From: a virus
Lineage: Duplodnaviria; Caudoviricetes
Length of the DNA: 39,117 bases
IMG/VR virus record: IMGVR_UViG_3300020718_000024
Location: 1-39,117 of that record
Strand: one strand, 5' to 3'
Shown: positions 9,854-18,770 of the stretch, one piece after another
Position numbering within the stretch: position 1 is the first letter of the stretch
How the letters are laid out: the number at the start of each line of letters is the position of its first letter
Notes under the pieces: generated by a model
Told to the model about the DNA's origin: nothing
Seen by the model: only the letters and a program-made list of their open reading frames with translations
Databases searched by the model: none
Translations under genes and position numbers: made by a program

Positions 9854-9876
9854 AGTAACCTCCTACTTGATTCATG

Positions 9877-12138
9877 TTAGTATTTTCCATCTGCGCTGGC
9901 CCTATAGCGGATACCGCCTAGTCGCCAGAATGTGCCTACGTCATTGGAGGATATGCTTATGGCAATGAGACGTGCCCGTATACGGCAACTGATATATTCC
10001 GTTGCTTGCGTCATGGGGAACGTAGCGGAGGATACCAAGTTGCTAGGGTATCCTGAGTAAGACCCTGTCGTAACCGTTGGGTCACCCGCATAGTTCGTCC
10101 AGTATAACGTCATGTTTACGGTGGCATTTTGATTGCCGGAGTACGTACCCCACTTCATGTCGGGCCAAATTTGGTCCACGTACATGATGTTGTCGCCTTC
10201 AGCTATACTGAAGAAACCCGTTTGCATGGCGGACTGCATTGCGGTGGTGGTTGTGCCAGACGCCGCGTCGTTGCCTATTTCGTGCTGATATAAGTAATTA
10301 TCAGTCCCAGCACCAATGGGAGGCCCAAGCACAGACTGGTCAATCCAAGCGCTACGACCCAAAGAGCCAAAGTCCCACTGATTAAGTACAGTGTTATATT
10401 TAACGTACGAATCATTTTCTCCGTTACCAGCCGCCGACGGATAAAACCACATAATTTCATTAAACTGTGAGTTAGGGGCGCAACGGATATGCTGGGTATA
10501 TGGAATGCCATTAGCATCACTCCCCGTGTTAAGGTTTTGGAAAATAACGTCCCAAACAGGGCATGGTAAAGGTTGCGGGCCATTACCTGCATTCATAAAG
10601 AATTGTTTCTGGGACATCCAATAAACGGTGTTACCCATTTGACCAACGCATTTGCGGGAGATTGCACCGCAGTTTGATCCAATCTTGTTGAATCCATATA
10701 CCAACGGAGCACCGATATACTGCATCGCCCACAGGTCAAGATCCGTCCAAATAAGACCTTGTTGCGGACCTTGGATACACGTAACAATTTTGGAACCCGT
10801 AGGGATACGGTAAGATCCCGCCTGATTGGTGGCGGTTCCTATCCATACGGTGCTATCCGCTACGTCAGACCAACGAATCAATAATGGATCAGGCTGCAAC
10901 GTAAAAGATGAACCCCAGGCAACCACTTGGCGCTGCGGCATAGCGACAAAGATACCATCGTTAACCAAGGGAACTTGGCCGCTCAAAATCTGAGCATTTT
11001 GCAACGCACCCGACGGCGACCAATAGTAAATTGGACCACCCGCAGGGCAAGCGATAAGGTTTTCGCCAAAGTTATCCAATGTCCAATCTGATGCGGTAAT
11101 GGCCGTTCCGGGGGTAGAGGCTGGTGCAACACCGACACCAAAGCCGCCCGTTCCAAACCCGCCAACACCAAATCCAGCACTTGTAGGTTGCGGCCCAACC
11201 GCAATGTAAAACTTTGATTGAACGTTACCGCTGTTAATCGCCGTTGGACCAGCCGATGAAGAAGCCGTATTTGGAGCGGAAAATGTAAACGTTCCAGAAT
11301 TTACAACGCTAAGAACGGTGTAAAGGCCAGATAATGTTAATCCGCCTATTGATGTGGAAACGCCAACGTAAAAAGTTGAACCTACGGAATACCCGTGGTT
11401 ATCAAGGTAACCTGTTACAACGTTAGAGCCTGAAGTTGTTTGAAAGGAATATACACTCACCAATTTGGCGGTACCCGTGCCAGTACCGACCCCCGTAGCG
11501 TTGAATATTACACCCACCGTATTGGAGGAAGCGCCAATTAATGTAAAATCCGTCGTTCCAACAGATACAATTTTATAGGTGTTTCCTACGACAAATGACC
11601 CCGCAACTGTATTGGTTGTGGTATTTGCGGTTGATGTCGCATTAGAGCCAGCCGTAATGGTGTAAGTTGTACTTGCTACAGATTGGATTAAATACGATCC
11701 CGTAAGAACAATTCCGCCTACAGATACGGGGGTTACGTAATCCACGTAATCAAAAATGGACGCGGTAATTCCAGAATCCACAACCGTAACCGTTGATGAT
11801 CCGGATGTTGTAGCAAAGTTAGGGGCCGTGTTGGTCGTAAGGGTCTGCGGCGTAATGTTTTGGTTAACGTTACCCGTCAGGACGTTAAGAGATGTTGTGC
11901 ACCCCACCGCCAAATGGTTAACTGCATTAAGATCCGCCCAGCCTTTAAGCGCCCGTATAGCGGATGAATACGCGGAATTATAATACGCAACCCAGCCACC
12001 TAGCTTTTGCACTAACCCCAAATTGTTGCGGTCAGGCATAAACCGGACAAGATTAGTGGAAGAAAGAGCCGCCTCATTCAGGGTCGGCGTCTTGATTACA
12101 TCAACGCCGGGGATGAGTTTAAGCGTACTGCGGGACAT
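9877..12138 (-). CDS. Tail nozzle/tail tubular protein B-like (P22 gp10-like DNA stabilisation protein)
   Basis: 753 aa. N-terminal LKLIPGV...VRF...QKLGGW and propeller-like motifs WTLDNFGENLIAC, LIRWSD, NQAG, VYWMS, FNEIMWFYPS; ends ADGKY. Directly follows the adaptor-like gene. Confidence 0.75.
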   Translation of the reverse strand: MSRSTLKLIPGVDVIKTPTLNEAALSSTNLVRFMPDRNNLGLVQKLGGWVAYYNSAYSSAIRALKGWADLNAVNHLAVGCTTSLNVLTGNVNQNITPQTLTTNTAPNFATTSGSSTVTVVDSGITASIFDYVDYVTPVSVGGIVLTGSYLIQSVASTTYTITAGSNATSTANTTTNTVAGSFVVGNTYKIVSVGTTDFTLIGASSNTVGVIFNATGVGTGTGTAKLVSVYSFQTTSGSNVVTGYLDNHGYSVGSTFYVGVSTSIGGLTLSGLYTVLSVVNSGTFTFSAPNTASSSAGPTAINSGNVQSKFYIAVGPQPTSAGFGVGGFGTGGFGVGVAPASTPGTAITASDWTLDNFGENLIACPAGGPIYYWSPSGALQNAQILSGQVPLVNDGIFVAMPQRQVVAWGSSFTLQPDPLLIRWSDVADSTVWIGTATNQAGSYRIPTGSKIVTCIQGPQQGLIWTDLDLWAMQYIGAPLVYGFNKIGSNCGAISRKCVGQMGNTVYWMSQKQFFMNAGNGPQPLPCPVWDVIFQNLNTGSDANGIPYTQHIRCAPNSQFNEIMWFYPSAAGNGENDSYVKYNTVLNQWDFGSLGRSAWIDQSVLGPPIGAGTDNYLYQHEIGNDAASGTTTTAMQSAMQTGFFSIAEGDNIMYVDQIWPDMKWGTYSGNQNATVNMTLYWTNYAGDPTVTTGSYSGYPSNLVSSATFPMTQATEYISCRIRARLIAISISSNDVGTFWRLGGIRYRASADGKY

Positions 12139-12141
12139 TGT

Positions 12142-12864
12142 TTATCCCCTTGGCGGCGTAGCAATAGGAGAAGGTGACTGCGGACCCCATGCGGCGGATT
12201 GGAATTTCTTACGATATTCCTCAACCGTAGCACCCTTAAGAAGCGTTTGATATTGCTGTTCCCAATTAATAGGCATCTGAGGGTCAGCGCCTGTAGAAGA
12301 GAAATTGCGCTGATATCCACCAATATATACCATACTGGCACAGATAAAGAGATCCGGCAGGTAGGTGGAGATAAAGGTCGTAGGGTTGGACGCGGACAAG
12401 GACGACGCATGAATCGTCCCCGTAAACGTCAATGGATAAGCTGAGTCAGGATACGGCCCAAACAAAATGTTTTGGCTTGTGTTTCCAGTCGTGGCCGAAT
12501 CGCCGCCGTAAACAGCAAAGACACTTGGAACTCCTGCGCTTGCGGTGCTGTTAAACACATTCTGAATGTATTCCTTCGCCACCGGGGACAGAGGGTACGT
12601 TACACCATTTACGGTAACCTGAATGGTCTGAAGCGTAATAAATGCCGCCGTAGGTATGGATAAAATGTTCTGATTCTGCGTTGTGGTAAAGGACGTATTG
12701 TCGTAAATCTGGGTGGACAAAAAGTCCAAATCACGTTGCATCCGCAATTCCGCGTAGGATATTGCTTGCGGCAATATGATTTGGAAATTAGTGTCAGTCG
12801 TAGGGACAACCGCCAACGTGGCAATTTGCTGCACGTAACTATTGTAATTAAGGCCAGTTGTCAT
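12142..12864 (-). CDS. Head-tail adaptor/tail tubular protein A-like
   Basis: 240 aa. ISYAELRMQRDL, FGPYPDSAY and YLPDLFICASM pattern of podoviral adaptors; immediately upstream of the nozzle gene. Confidence 0.65.
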   Translation of the reverse strand: MTTGLNYNSYVQQIATLAVVPTTDTNFQIILPQAISYAELRMQRDLDFLSTQIYDNTSFTTTQNQNILSIPTAAFITLQTIQVTVNGVTYPLSPVAKEYIQNVFNSTASAGVPSVFAVYGGDSATTGNTSQNILFGPYPDSAYPLTFTGTIHASSLSASNPTTFISTYLPDLFICASMVYIGGYQRNFSSTGADPQMPINWEQQYQTLLKGATVEEYRKKFQSAAWGPQSPSPIATPPRG

Positions 12865-12875
12865 AACCCACGTCC

Positions 12876-13061
12876 TTATTCTTCAGGCTTTTCTTCCGCA
12901 ACAGGTGCTGGAGTAGTAGCCGCCTGTACTTGTGGAACAGACTGAGAATGCAAATGATTGATCAGATCCGCCACTTCCGAATAAACCCCTTGACCCAAAT
13001 GCTTCAAAATCGCATTTACATGGGCTACCGTTAGCTTAAGTTCTAGTTCCAAATTATCCAT
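12876..13061 (-). CDS. Small hypothetical protein
   Basis: 61 aa with GGAG SD, tightly packed in the operon. Confidence 0.7.
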   Translation of the reverse strand: MDNLELELKLTVAHVNAILKHLGQGVYSEVADLINHLHSQSVPQVQAATTPAPVAEEKPEE

Positions 13062-13070
13062 TATTTTCTC

Positions 13071-13379
13071 CTAAAATGGTGGATTCTGTGGTTGTAATTG
13101 CGGTGCAGATATCTGTTTTATTTGTGCGGCTATGGCGGATTCCACCCCAGATACACTAATTGATTGAGATACCCAGTTAAATGCCATTTCCTGCGTAATT
13201 TGATCGTAAGGTACAAATTCTGCGGGATTTGGCGACCCTAATTGCACTGTACCAGAACTTGACGACGTAACCAAGCCATCTGTACCCGTACAAATCCAAT
13301 TAATAGCGGTTACCACATTTGATAACCCACCAGATGTAGGGTTTACGATGAATTGGGGAAATGACCAAGTGTATTTCAT
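13071..13379 (-). CDS. Hypothetical tail-module protein (possible fibre assembly chaperone)
   Basis: 102 aa, YTW...NVVTAINW...FVPYDQITQEMAFNWV pattern that I associate with phage tail fibre loci. Confidence 0.55.
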   Translation of the reverse strand: MKYTWSFPQFIVNPTSGGLSNVVTAINWICTGTDGLVTSSSSGTVQLGSPNPAEFVPYDQITQEMAFNWVSQSISVSGVESAIAAQIKQISAPQLQPQNPPF

Positions 13380-13389
13380 GTACCGCCCC

Positions 13390-13887
13390 TTAGAGGCCCA
13401 ATATCATGGAGTACGCAATCGCCTGTGCTTGGGAGATACCGGAATTTGTGCTGGACGAGCTGGCAAGGCCAATATTGGTTCCATCAGAATAAATAATGAT
13501 GCTATAAGCGGTTGGAATAGCTAAAATCCCACCAGCCGCAGCATTGCTACCATTGTTGGAACCCATTGTAACGGTGTACGATCCCGTGCAATTGTTGGTG
13601 ACAATCCACATACCCGCCACGTTTTGCGGCAAAAGAACAAGCTGATTCGCCGCCAAAGACCCAGTTAGGCTGAATCTCATGCACTGGGACGTATTACCCG
13701 CCGCCGTGGAACTAGGGGCCGCAATATTGGTGTATGTAGGGCTACCGCTAGTGCTGACCGATACGCTGGTTGTATTGCCAAACATCTGGTCAAGAATGGT
13801 GGCGTTATAGTTAAGCGGCTGATCCCACGTAGGGGATGTGCTATTATACGCTGGTTCGTTAAGGGCAAGGTTGGTGGTAATACTCAT
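13390..13887 (-). CDS. Short tail-fibre proximal/attachment protein
   Basis: 165 aa, TTNLALNEPA...TWDQPLNYN...LD N-terminus typical of fibre anchors. C-terminal SQAQAIAYSMILGL is shared with the 858-aa fibre. Confidence 0.6.
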   Translation of the reverse strand: MSITTNLALNEPAYNSTSPTWDQPLNYNATILDQMFGNTTSVSVSTSGSPTYTNIAAPSSTAAGNTSQCMRFSLTGSLAANQLVLLPQNVAGMWIVTNNCTGSYTVTMGSNNGSNAAAGGILAIPTAYSIIIYSDGTNIGLASSSSTNSGISQAQAIAYSMILGL

Positions 13888-14120
13888 TTGTCAGCCTTCC
13901 CATCCAGCTTGTCGTAAATACGCTGGAACATGCTTTCAATGTGATCCATGCGTTTGTCCAAATCTTCTTTAAGGACGTATTCTTTTGGCAAGGCGGCTTC
14001 TAGTTTGCTTAAATCCCGCTGTAGTTCTTTAACAGCACCCCATAATTCCCGCATGAGCCACCCAGCTACGGCCAGAATAGCACCTAATCCAAAATTTATG
14101 AGGTTCTGAAAATCAACCAT
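13884..14120 (-). CDS. Small membrane protein (N-terminal TM helix plus coiled coil; holin-like candidate)
   Basis: LINFGLGAILAVAGWLM hydrophobic helix followed by a heptad-like charged region. Confidence 0.55.
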   Translation of the reverse strand: MVDFQNLINFGLGAILAVAGWLMRELWGAVKELQRDLSKLEAALPKEYVLKEDLDKRMDHIESMFQRIYDKLDGKADK

Positions 14121-14122
14121 AA

Positions 14123-14353
14123 TTAAGATTCCCGGATGATCGCGGTAGAAGTATCCCTGTCAATGGATAGTACACCATAACAGACAATATTCCAATCCAT
14201 ACCATCCCGTTCATCCTTTACGGGAACATTAATATCCAAGTGCTTGAACAGGTATTCTTTGCCGCCATTTTCAAACACCCGCCAGACATGATCTTCCGTC
14301 CCGCGTCCCGGCTGGCCCCGTGTTTTATTAAAGCGGATGCCATACTTGTTCAT
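14123..14353 (-). CDS. Hypothetical protein
   Basis: 76 aa, ATGA overlap with the oxygenase gene, GGAGG SD. Confidence 0.7.
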   Translation of the reverse strand: MNKYGIRFNKTRGQPGRGTEDHVWRVFENGGKEYLFKHLDINVPVKDERDGMDWNIVCYGVLSIDRDTSTAIIRES

Positions 14354-14994
14354 ATAACCTCCGCCGCGGGCATAGGTGGATTAGCCACTGCCGTCAGGTT
14401 AAAGTGTATGAAAGTCATTGGATCGTTGGAGGCATTACGGGTGAAGCTGTGTGCCAACCAAGCATTGGTAAAGATTAACGTGCCATCTTCTGGGGCAACA
14501 TTAATAGCATTGCTTGCATGGGTAATGTTGGCGGGATCAAATTCTGGCAGTCCTATCTGAACCTTACCAGCACGGGGATCATGGAATGTAGCTACAGAAC
14601 CGTTTTGCGGCGTCCTAAGGAAGTAAAACCCGACAATCTGTGCCCCATGTGCATGAACATGCTGATCCATGCCGCTGTATTTATAATGCTGTTGCGCCCA
14701 CATTTCGGTAAATGACGTGCTGAAATTACGCACATCGTACCCCTGTTCACCCAAAATGTTCCAAGACGTTGACCCAATATACGCACAAAGGTCTTCCAAA
14801 CGCGGATCGTCGTATAGGTTATCCGTCATATAAACAGGGTACACCTCATGGGTGCCGCCCTGTTCTTTTTTACGTTTTTCAATATATTCATCAACAACCT
14901 TGCGGGTGTTGTCCAAAAATTCGGGCTTTTTAATTACGTAAATGGTCGTTGGAAAGCAGTGAATAGGGTTTAGTTCATCTTTTGCGTCTGCCAT
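14350..14994 (-). CDS. Putative 2OG-Fe(II) oxygenase (TIGR02466-like)
   Basis: CFPTTIY start, EMWAQ, H-x-H (QHVH), GFYFL, FHDPR, LIFTNAWLAH and FIHFN motif series. Confidence 0.8.
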   Translation of the reverse strand: MADAKDELNPIHCFPTTIYVIKKPEFLDNTRKVVDEYIEKRKKEQGGTHEVYPVYMTDNLYDDPRLEDLCAYIGSTSWNILGEQGYDVRNFSTSFTEMWAQQHYKYSGMDQHVHAHGAQIVGFYFLRTPQNGSVATFHDPRAGKVQIGLPEFDPANITHASNAINVAPEDGTLIFTNAWLAHSFTRNASNDPMTFIHFNLTAVANPPMPAAEVI

Positions 14995-14997
14995 CGT

Positions 14998-15342
14998 TTA
15001 TCCCCGTTGTTGCATTTCTTGCTGCATCTTCTCCATATTTGCAATTTCTTCCGCCGTCAAATCACGGACATTCCAAGAAAATACCCACTTGCCGTCCCGT
15101 ACAAATGGCTGTTCTGAACGTGACACGGTTTGTGTTTTTCCGTCATAGGTCGGGTCTGCATCAATCTCCACATACTGGATGCGGAAGCCATGCACATTAT
15201 ATGCGTCAGTGGTCGGGAATATCTCCACAAAGTCACTGTATGGCGTATAGCCCAAGCCGGGATTATCCCGCATCAGTTCTTCTGCGCCGTATGGATATTC
15301 AACAAACTGATTGTCGGTGGTGGTTTTAACGTATCCGGTCAT
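14998..15342 (-). CDS. Putative tail fibre assembly/chaperone-like protein
   Basis: 114 aa, EYPYG...LMRDNP...PTYDGKTQ...P...DGKWVFSWNVRDLT pattern; located downstream of fibre-type genes. Confidence 0.55.
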   Translation of the reverse strand: MTGYVKTTTDNQFVEYPYGAEELMRDNPGLGYTPYSDFVEIFPTTDAYNVHGFRIQYVEIDADPTYDGKTQTVSRSEQPFVRDGKWVFSWNVRDLTAEEIANMEKMQQEMQQRG

Positions 15343-15956
15343 GATGATTTGTCCTCAAGAAATGCTGGTGCTTGCTTGGTAAGGAGATCAAGGCGTTCAC
15401 CTTTCCCTGCCAGTTGGGTAAATACCTGTTTGATATGCGGCACAATGTGCGTTTCAAAGTCTGGGTGGCACCGCATTGTATTCAAATGGTCATGCGGAAT
15501 ATTGCCTTGGGACAAAATAAAGTTTTCCACCCGCCCCTGTAGTTCACCTAGCCATTCTTCCCGCTGCATGGCTTCATTGGCTTCCAGCATAGGCAGATGA
15601 CCGAATTTACGCTGCGGCTCAAGTTCCGCCATAATCTGGTTAATGGTGTTTAGTTCCATTATAGCGGCTTCATGGTTGTTTTTCCATGTGTCTTCCGCTG
15701 ATTTACATTCAATGATCGTGGCCTCCGCAACCATCTTTTCCCAAGGCTTGGCGTTTTCATCCGCTATGATCGCCTCATTCTCCATGATTTTGGCATCACG
15801 TTTCATCTTCTGGGCTTTGGAATGTTCAACCTTGACCTCCATGTCAATGCGTTGACCATATAACAATGCCCATGCGCCATCAGGCGTATAGCAAGACCCT
15901 GCCATGAAGTGACGGAGTTGAAAATCAGAATTATTACGATGCGGTTTACTATTCAT
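15339..15956 (-). CDS. Coiled-coil hypothetical protein following the propeller genes
   Basis: 205 aa, helical and charged; starts 1 nt after the stop of the last propeller gene. Confidence 0.7.
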   Translation of the reverse strand: MNSKPHRNNSDFQLRHFMAGSCYTPDGAWALLYGQRIDMEVKVEHSKAQKMKRDAKIMENEAIIADENAKPWEKMVAEATIIECKSAEDTWKNNHEAAIMELNTINQIMAELEPQRKFGHLPMLEANEAMQREEWLGELQGRVENFILSQGNIPHDHLNTMRCHPDFETHIVPHIKQVFTQLAGKGERLDLLTKQAPAFLEDKSS

Positions 15957-15957
15957 C

Positions 15958-16974
15958 TTACGTGTTTACCCCTATTGTACCATTTGAAGCAGCGGAACCA
16001 TTACCAGAAACTGCGCTTGATGCTGTTGCGGAAGCATTTACATCGCCAGAATATGTATATTTATTACGGGTCGTTGAAGGAGCAAAACTAATATTTCCCA
16101 ACGCAAAAATACCAATAGTAGAATTGCCCGTTGCCGCCCCACCGTATGACGCATTACTAGCTGCCGTTCCTGATGTTACTACGCACCCCGAATATGTGTA
16201 TTTGTCACGGGTGGTTGAGGCTGTACAAGTAACACCTAAAGCAAATATGCCAACAGTAGAATTGCCTGTAGCTGATGATTGCTGTGATGCTGCACTTGCC
16301 GCTGTTCCAGAAGAATTTACACAACCAGAATAGGTGTATTTATCACGGGTAGTTATTGAGGTAGAAGAAGCATTCATTCCTAAAGAAAAAATACCAACAG
16401 TGGAATTGCCTGTAGCCGATCCTTTATTTGAAGCAACGCTAGCTGCCGCACCAGATGACACAACGCAACCAGAATATGTATATTTATCGCGGGTTGTTAC
16501 GATGTTACAAGCTGTATGTCCTATAGCAAAAATACCAACAGAAGAATTTCCCGCAGCTGACCCAAAATATTCTGCTGAACTAGCGGCGGTTGCTGAGCCA
16601 TTTGTACAACCTGCATACGTGTATTTGTTGCGGATGGTGGATGCGGCACTACAAACATATCCTAAAGCAAATATTCCAACAGTAGGCGTACCAGCTGCCG
16701 AACCATAAGTTGATGCGTTACTAGCCGCTGTTGCAGAACTATTTACACAACCTGAATATGTATATTTATTGCGGGTAGTTGAAGCAGAAGATGAAAGTCC
16801 TAAAGCAAATATGCCAACTGTTCCAACTGCATTCCCCGCCGTGGGCCACAATCCCGCCTTCTGCCAGCCCACCATTTGGTCAATAGTCCATACACCAGAT
16901 GCAGCACCACATTGGTAAGGACCAGCAGGTGTTATAGGTGATTTGGTGATGAAAGACCCCTGATATGTCCTCAC
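15958..16974 (-). CDS. Six-repeat Kelch-like beta-propeller protein 3 (putative receptor-binding/tail appendage)
   Basis: GTG start with AGGGG SD. Six copies of GIFALG-x(n)-TR[ND]KYTYSG[CD]-x-GSAAGNSTV; N-terminal SGVWT...LWP motif. Confidence 0.7.
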   Translation of the reverse strand: MRTYQGSFITKSPITPAGPYQCGAASGVWTIDQMVGWQKAGLWPTAGNAVGTVGIFALGLSSSASTTRNKYTYSGCVNSSATAASNASTYGSAAGTPTVGIFALGYVCSAASTIRNKYTYAGCTNGSATAASSAEYFGSAAGNSSVGIFAIGHTACNIVTTRDKYTYSGCVVSSGAAASVASNKGSATGNSTVGIFSLGMNASSTSITTRDKYTYSGCVNSSGTAASAASQQSSATGNSTVGIFALGVTCTASTTRDKYTYSGCVVTSGTAASNASYGGAATGNSTIGIFALGNISFAPSTTRNKYTYSGDVNASATASSAVSGNGSAASNGTIGVNT

Positions 16975-18770
16975 AGCGCAGCCCCTAAGATAATCATACG
17001 TTTACTCCCGTAGTACCGTTGGATGCGGCGGATCCAGCAAGAGAATTAGCACTTGATGACGTTGCTGTTGCGTTTGTATCACCAGAATAGGTATACTTAT
17101 TGCGGGTTGCTGAATTACCTGTTCCGTTTATAAAACCTAAAGCAAAAATTCCAACGGTTGAATTGCCAGCAGCCGCTCCTTCAGCTGAATTGGCGTTTGA
17201 AGCTGTCGCACTGGCATTTGTATCGCCGGAATAAGTGTATTTATTGCGGGTTGTTGTACAACCTCCTAATGCAAATATACCAACTGAACATGTTCCTGTT
17301 GCTGCGCCTTGATATGATGTAGCAGAAGAAGCCGTAGCAGAAGCGTTTGTGTCACCGGAATAAGTATATTTATTACGGGTTGTAGATCCAGAATTTCCGG
17401 CCAACGCAAAAATACCTACTGTTGAATTGCCTGAAGCAGAACCGTTTGCCGAAACTGCGCTTGATGCTGTTGCGGAAGCATTTACGCAATTAGAATAAGT
17501 ATATTTATTTCTAGTGGTAGATGAATCGCATAATGGAGACCAACCCAATGCAAATATACCAACAGTTGAATTTCCAGTTGCAGCTCCCAAATATGAATTA
17601 GCTGTAGAAACCGCCCCCGATGATACTACGCATCCAGAATAAGTATATTTATTTCGGGTGGTTGATCCACTAGTGCTAATAAATCCTAAAGCAAAAATGC
17701 CAACTGTGGAATTTCCAGCTGCCGAACCATAGTAAGAAACAGCGGTTGCTGATGCGGCGGTAGAATTTACGCAACCAGAAAATGTATATTTGTTGCGGGT
17801 TGTGGAACCATTGCAACCAGTTGTGCAGCCCAAAGAAAATATAGCAATAGAACCCGGCGCAATACTGCCCGGCCAGTTATAAGCCGCCACCGCTTGCATC
17901 TGCTGTACTAAGTTCCATGAGCCGGAGTAATTAGGCATTATACGTTTACTCCACAGGTTCCATTGGAGGCGGCGGAGCCAAATTTTGATGCCGCACAAGA
18001 TGCCGTACCAGAAACAACTACACACCCAGAATATGTGTATTTATCACGGGAAGTTAAATTATTTCCTAAAGCAAAAATACCAACCGTAGAATTTCCTGCT
18101 GCTGCTCCTGCATGAGCAGCACTAGTAGCTGCGGTAGCTGTTGCATTTGTATCCCCAGAATATGTGTATTTGTTTCTTGTTGTAGATTCTCCAGTTGTAA
18201 AACCTAAAGCAAATATTCCTACTGTTGAATTCCCAGTGGCGGATTGATAGTAAGATGCAGTTGTAGCTGATGTTCCCGAAGTTACAGAATCGCCAGAATA
18301 AGTATATTTATTTCGGGTAGTAGCCCCGGCAGTTGTATAGCCTAAAGCAAATATCCCCACTGTTGAATTCCCAACGGCAGAACCAGTATAAGAATTTGCA
18401 GTGGCAGATGTTGCCGAAGAAACCGAACATCCAGAATATGTATATTTTTCACGGGTACTTGTTTCACCACAAGTTCCACCCGAACTGCTTCCTAAAGAAA
18501 ATATGCCAATTACACTATTTCCGGCAGCTGTAGTGCCGTAACTATTTGTCCCGGAAGCTGTCGCAGAAGTAACTGAACAACCCGAATAAATGTATTTTTC
18601 ACGGGTTTTAGTTGCGTTACCTAATGCAAAAATTCCTGAAGCGGGAATACCTGTTGCCGCACCTCCAGTAGACGCTGCGTTAGAAGCAGTGGCAGATGAA
18701 TTAACATCCCCTGAATATGTATATTTGTTTCGGGTGGTTCCGTTTCCTAAAGCAAATATAGCAAGTGTTC
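15970..18770 (-). repeat. 18 coding repeats of roughly 42-50 aa across three tandem paralogs
   Basis: Counted the R[NDE]KY[TI][YF] core: six per gene. Confidence 0.9.
16994..17938 (-). CDS. Six-repeat Kelch-like beta-propeller protein 2
   Basis: True start most likely MPNYSGSWNL at 17938 (TAATG overlap with the upstream stop), giving 314 aa. Six repeats. Confidence 0.7.
   Translation of the reverse strand: MPNYSGSWNLVQQMQAVAAYNWPGSIAPGSIAIFSLGCTTGCNGSTTRNKYTFSGCVNSTAASATAVSYYGSAAGNSTVGIFALGFISTSGSTTRNKYTYSGCVVSSGAVSTANSYLGAATGNSTVGIFALGWSPLCDSSTTRNKYTYSNCVNASATASSAVSANGSASGNSTVGIFALAGNSGSTTRNKYTYSGDTNASATASSATSYQGAATGTCSVGIFALGGCTTTRNKYTYSGDTNASATASNANSAEGAAAGNSTVGIFALGFINGTGNSATRNKYTYSGDTNATATSSSANSLAGSAASNGTTGVNV

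Noticed and set aside
17939-18025. N-terminal 29 aa of the 343-aa track ORF
   Set aside because: It overlaps the upstream paralog; the TAATG-coupled ATG at 17938 is the more plausible start.
15970-18770. CRISPR-like repeat-spacer periodicity
   Set aside because: The repeats are degenerate at third codon positions and lie in open frames, so they are protein repeats.
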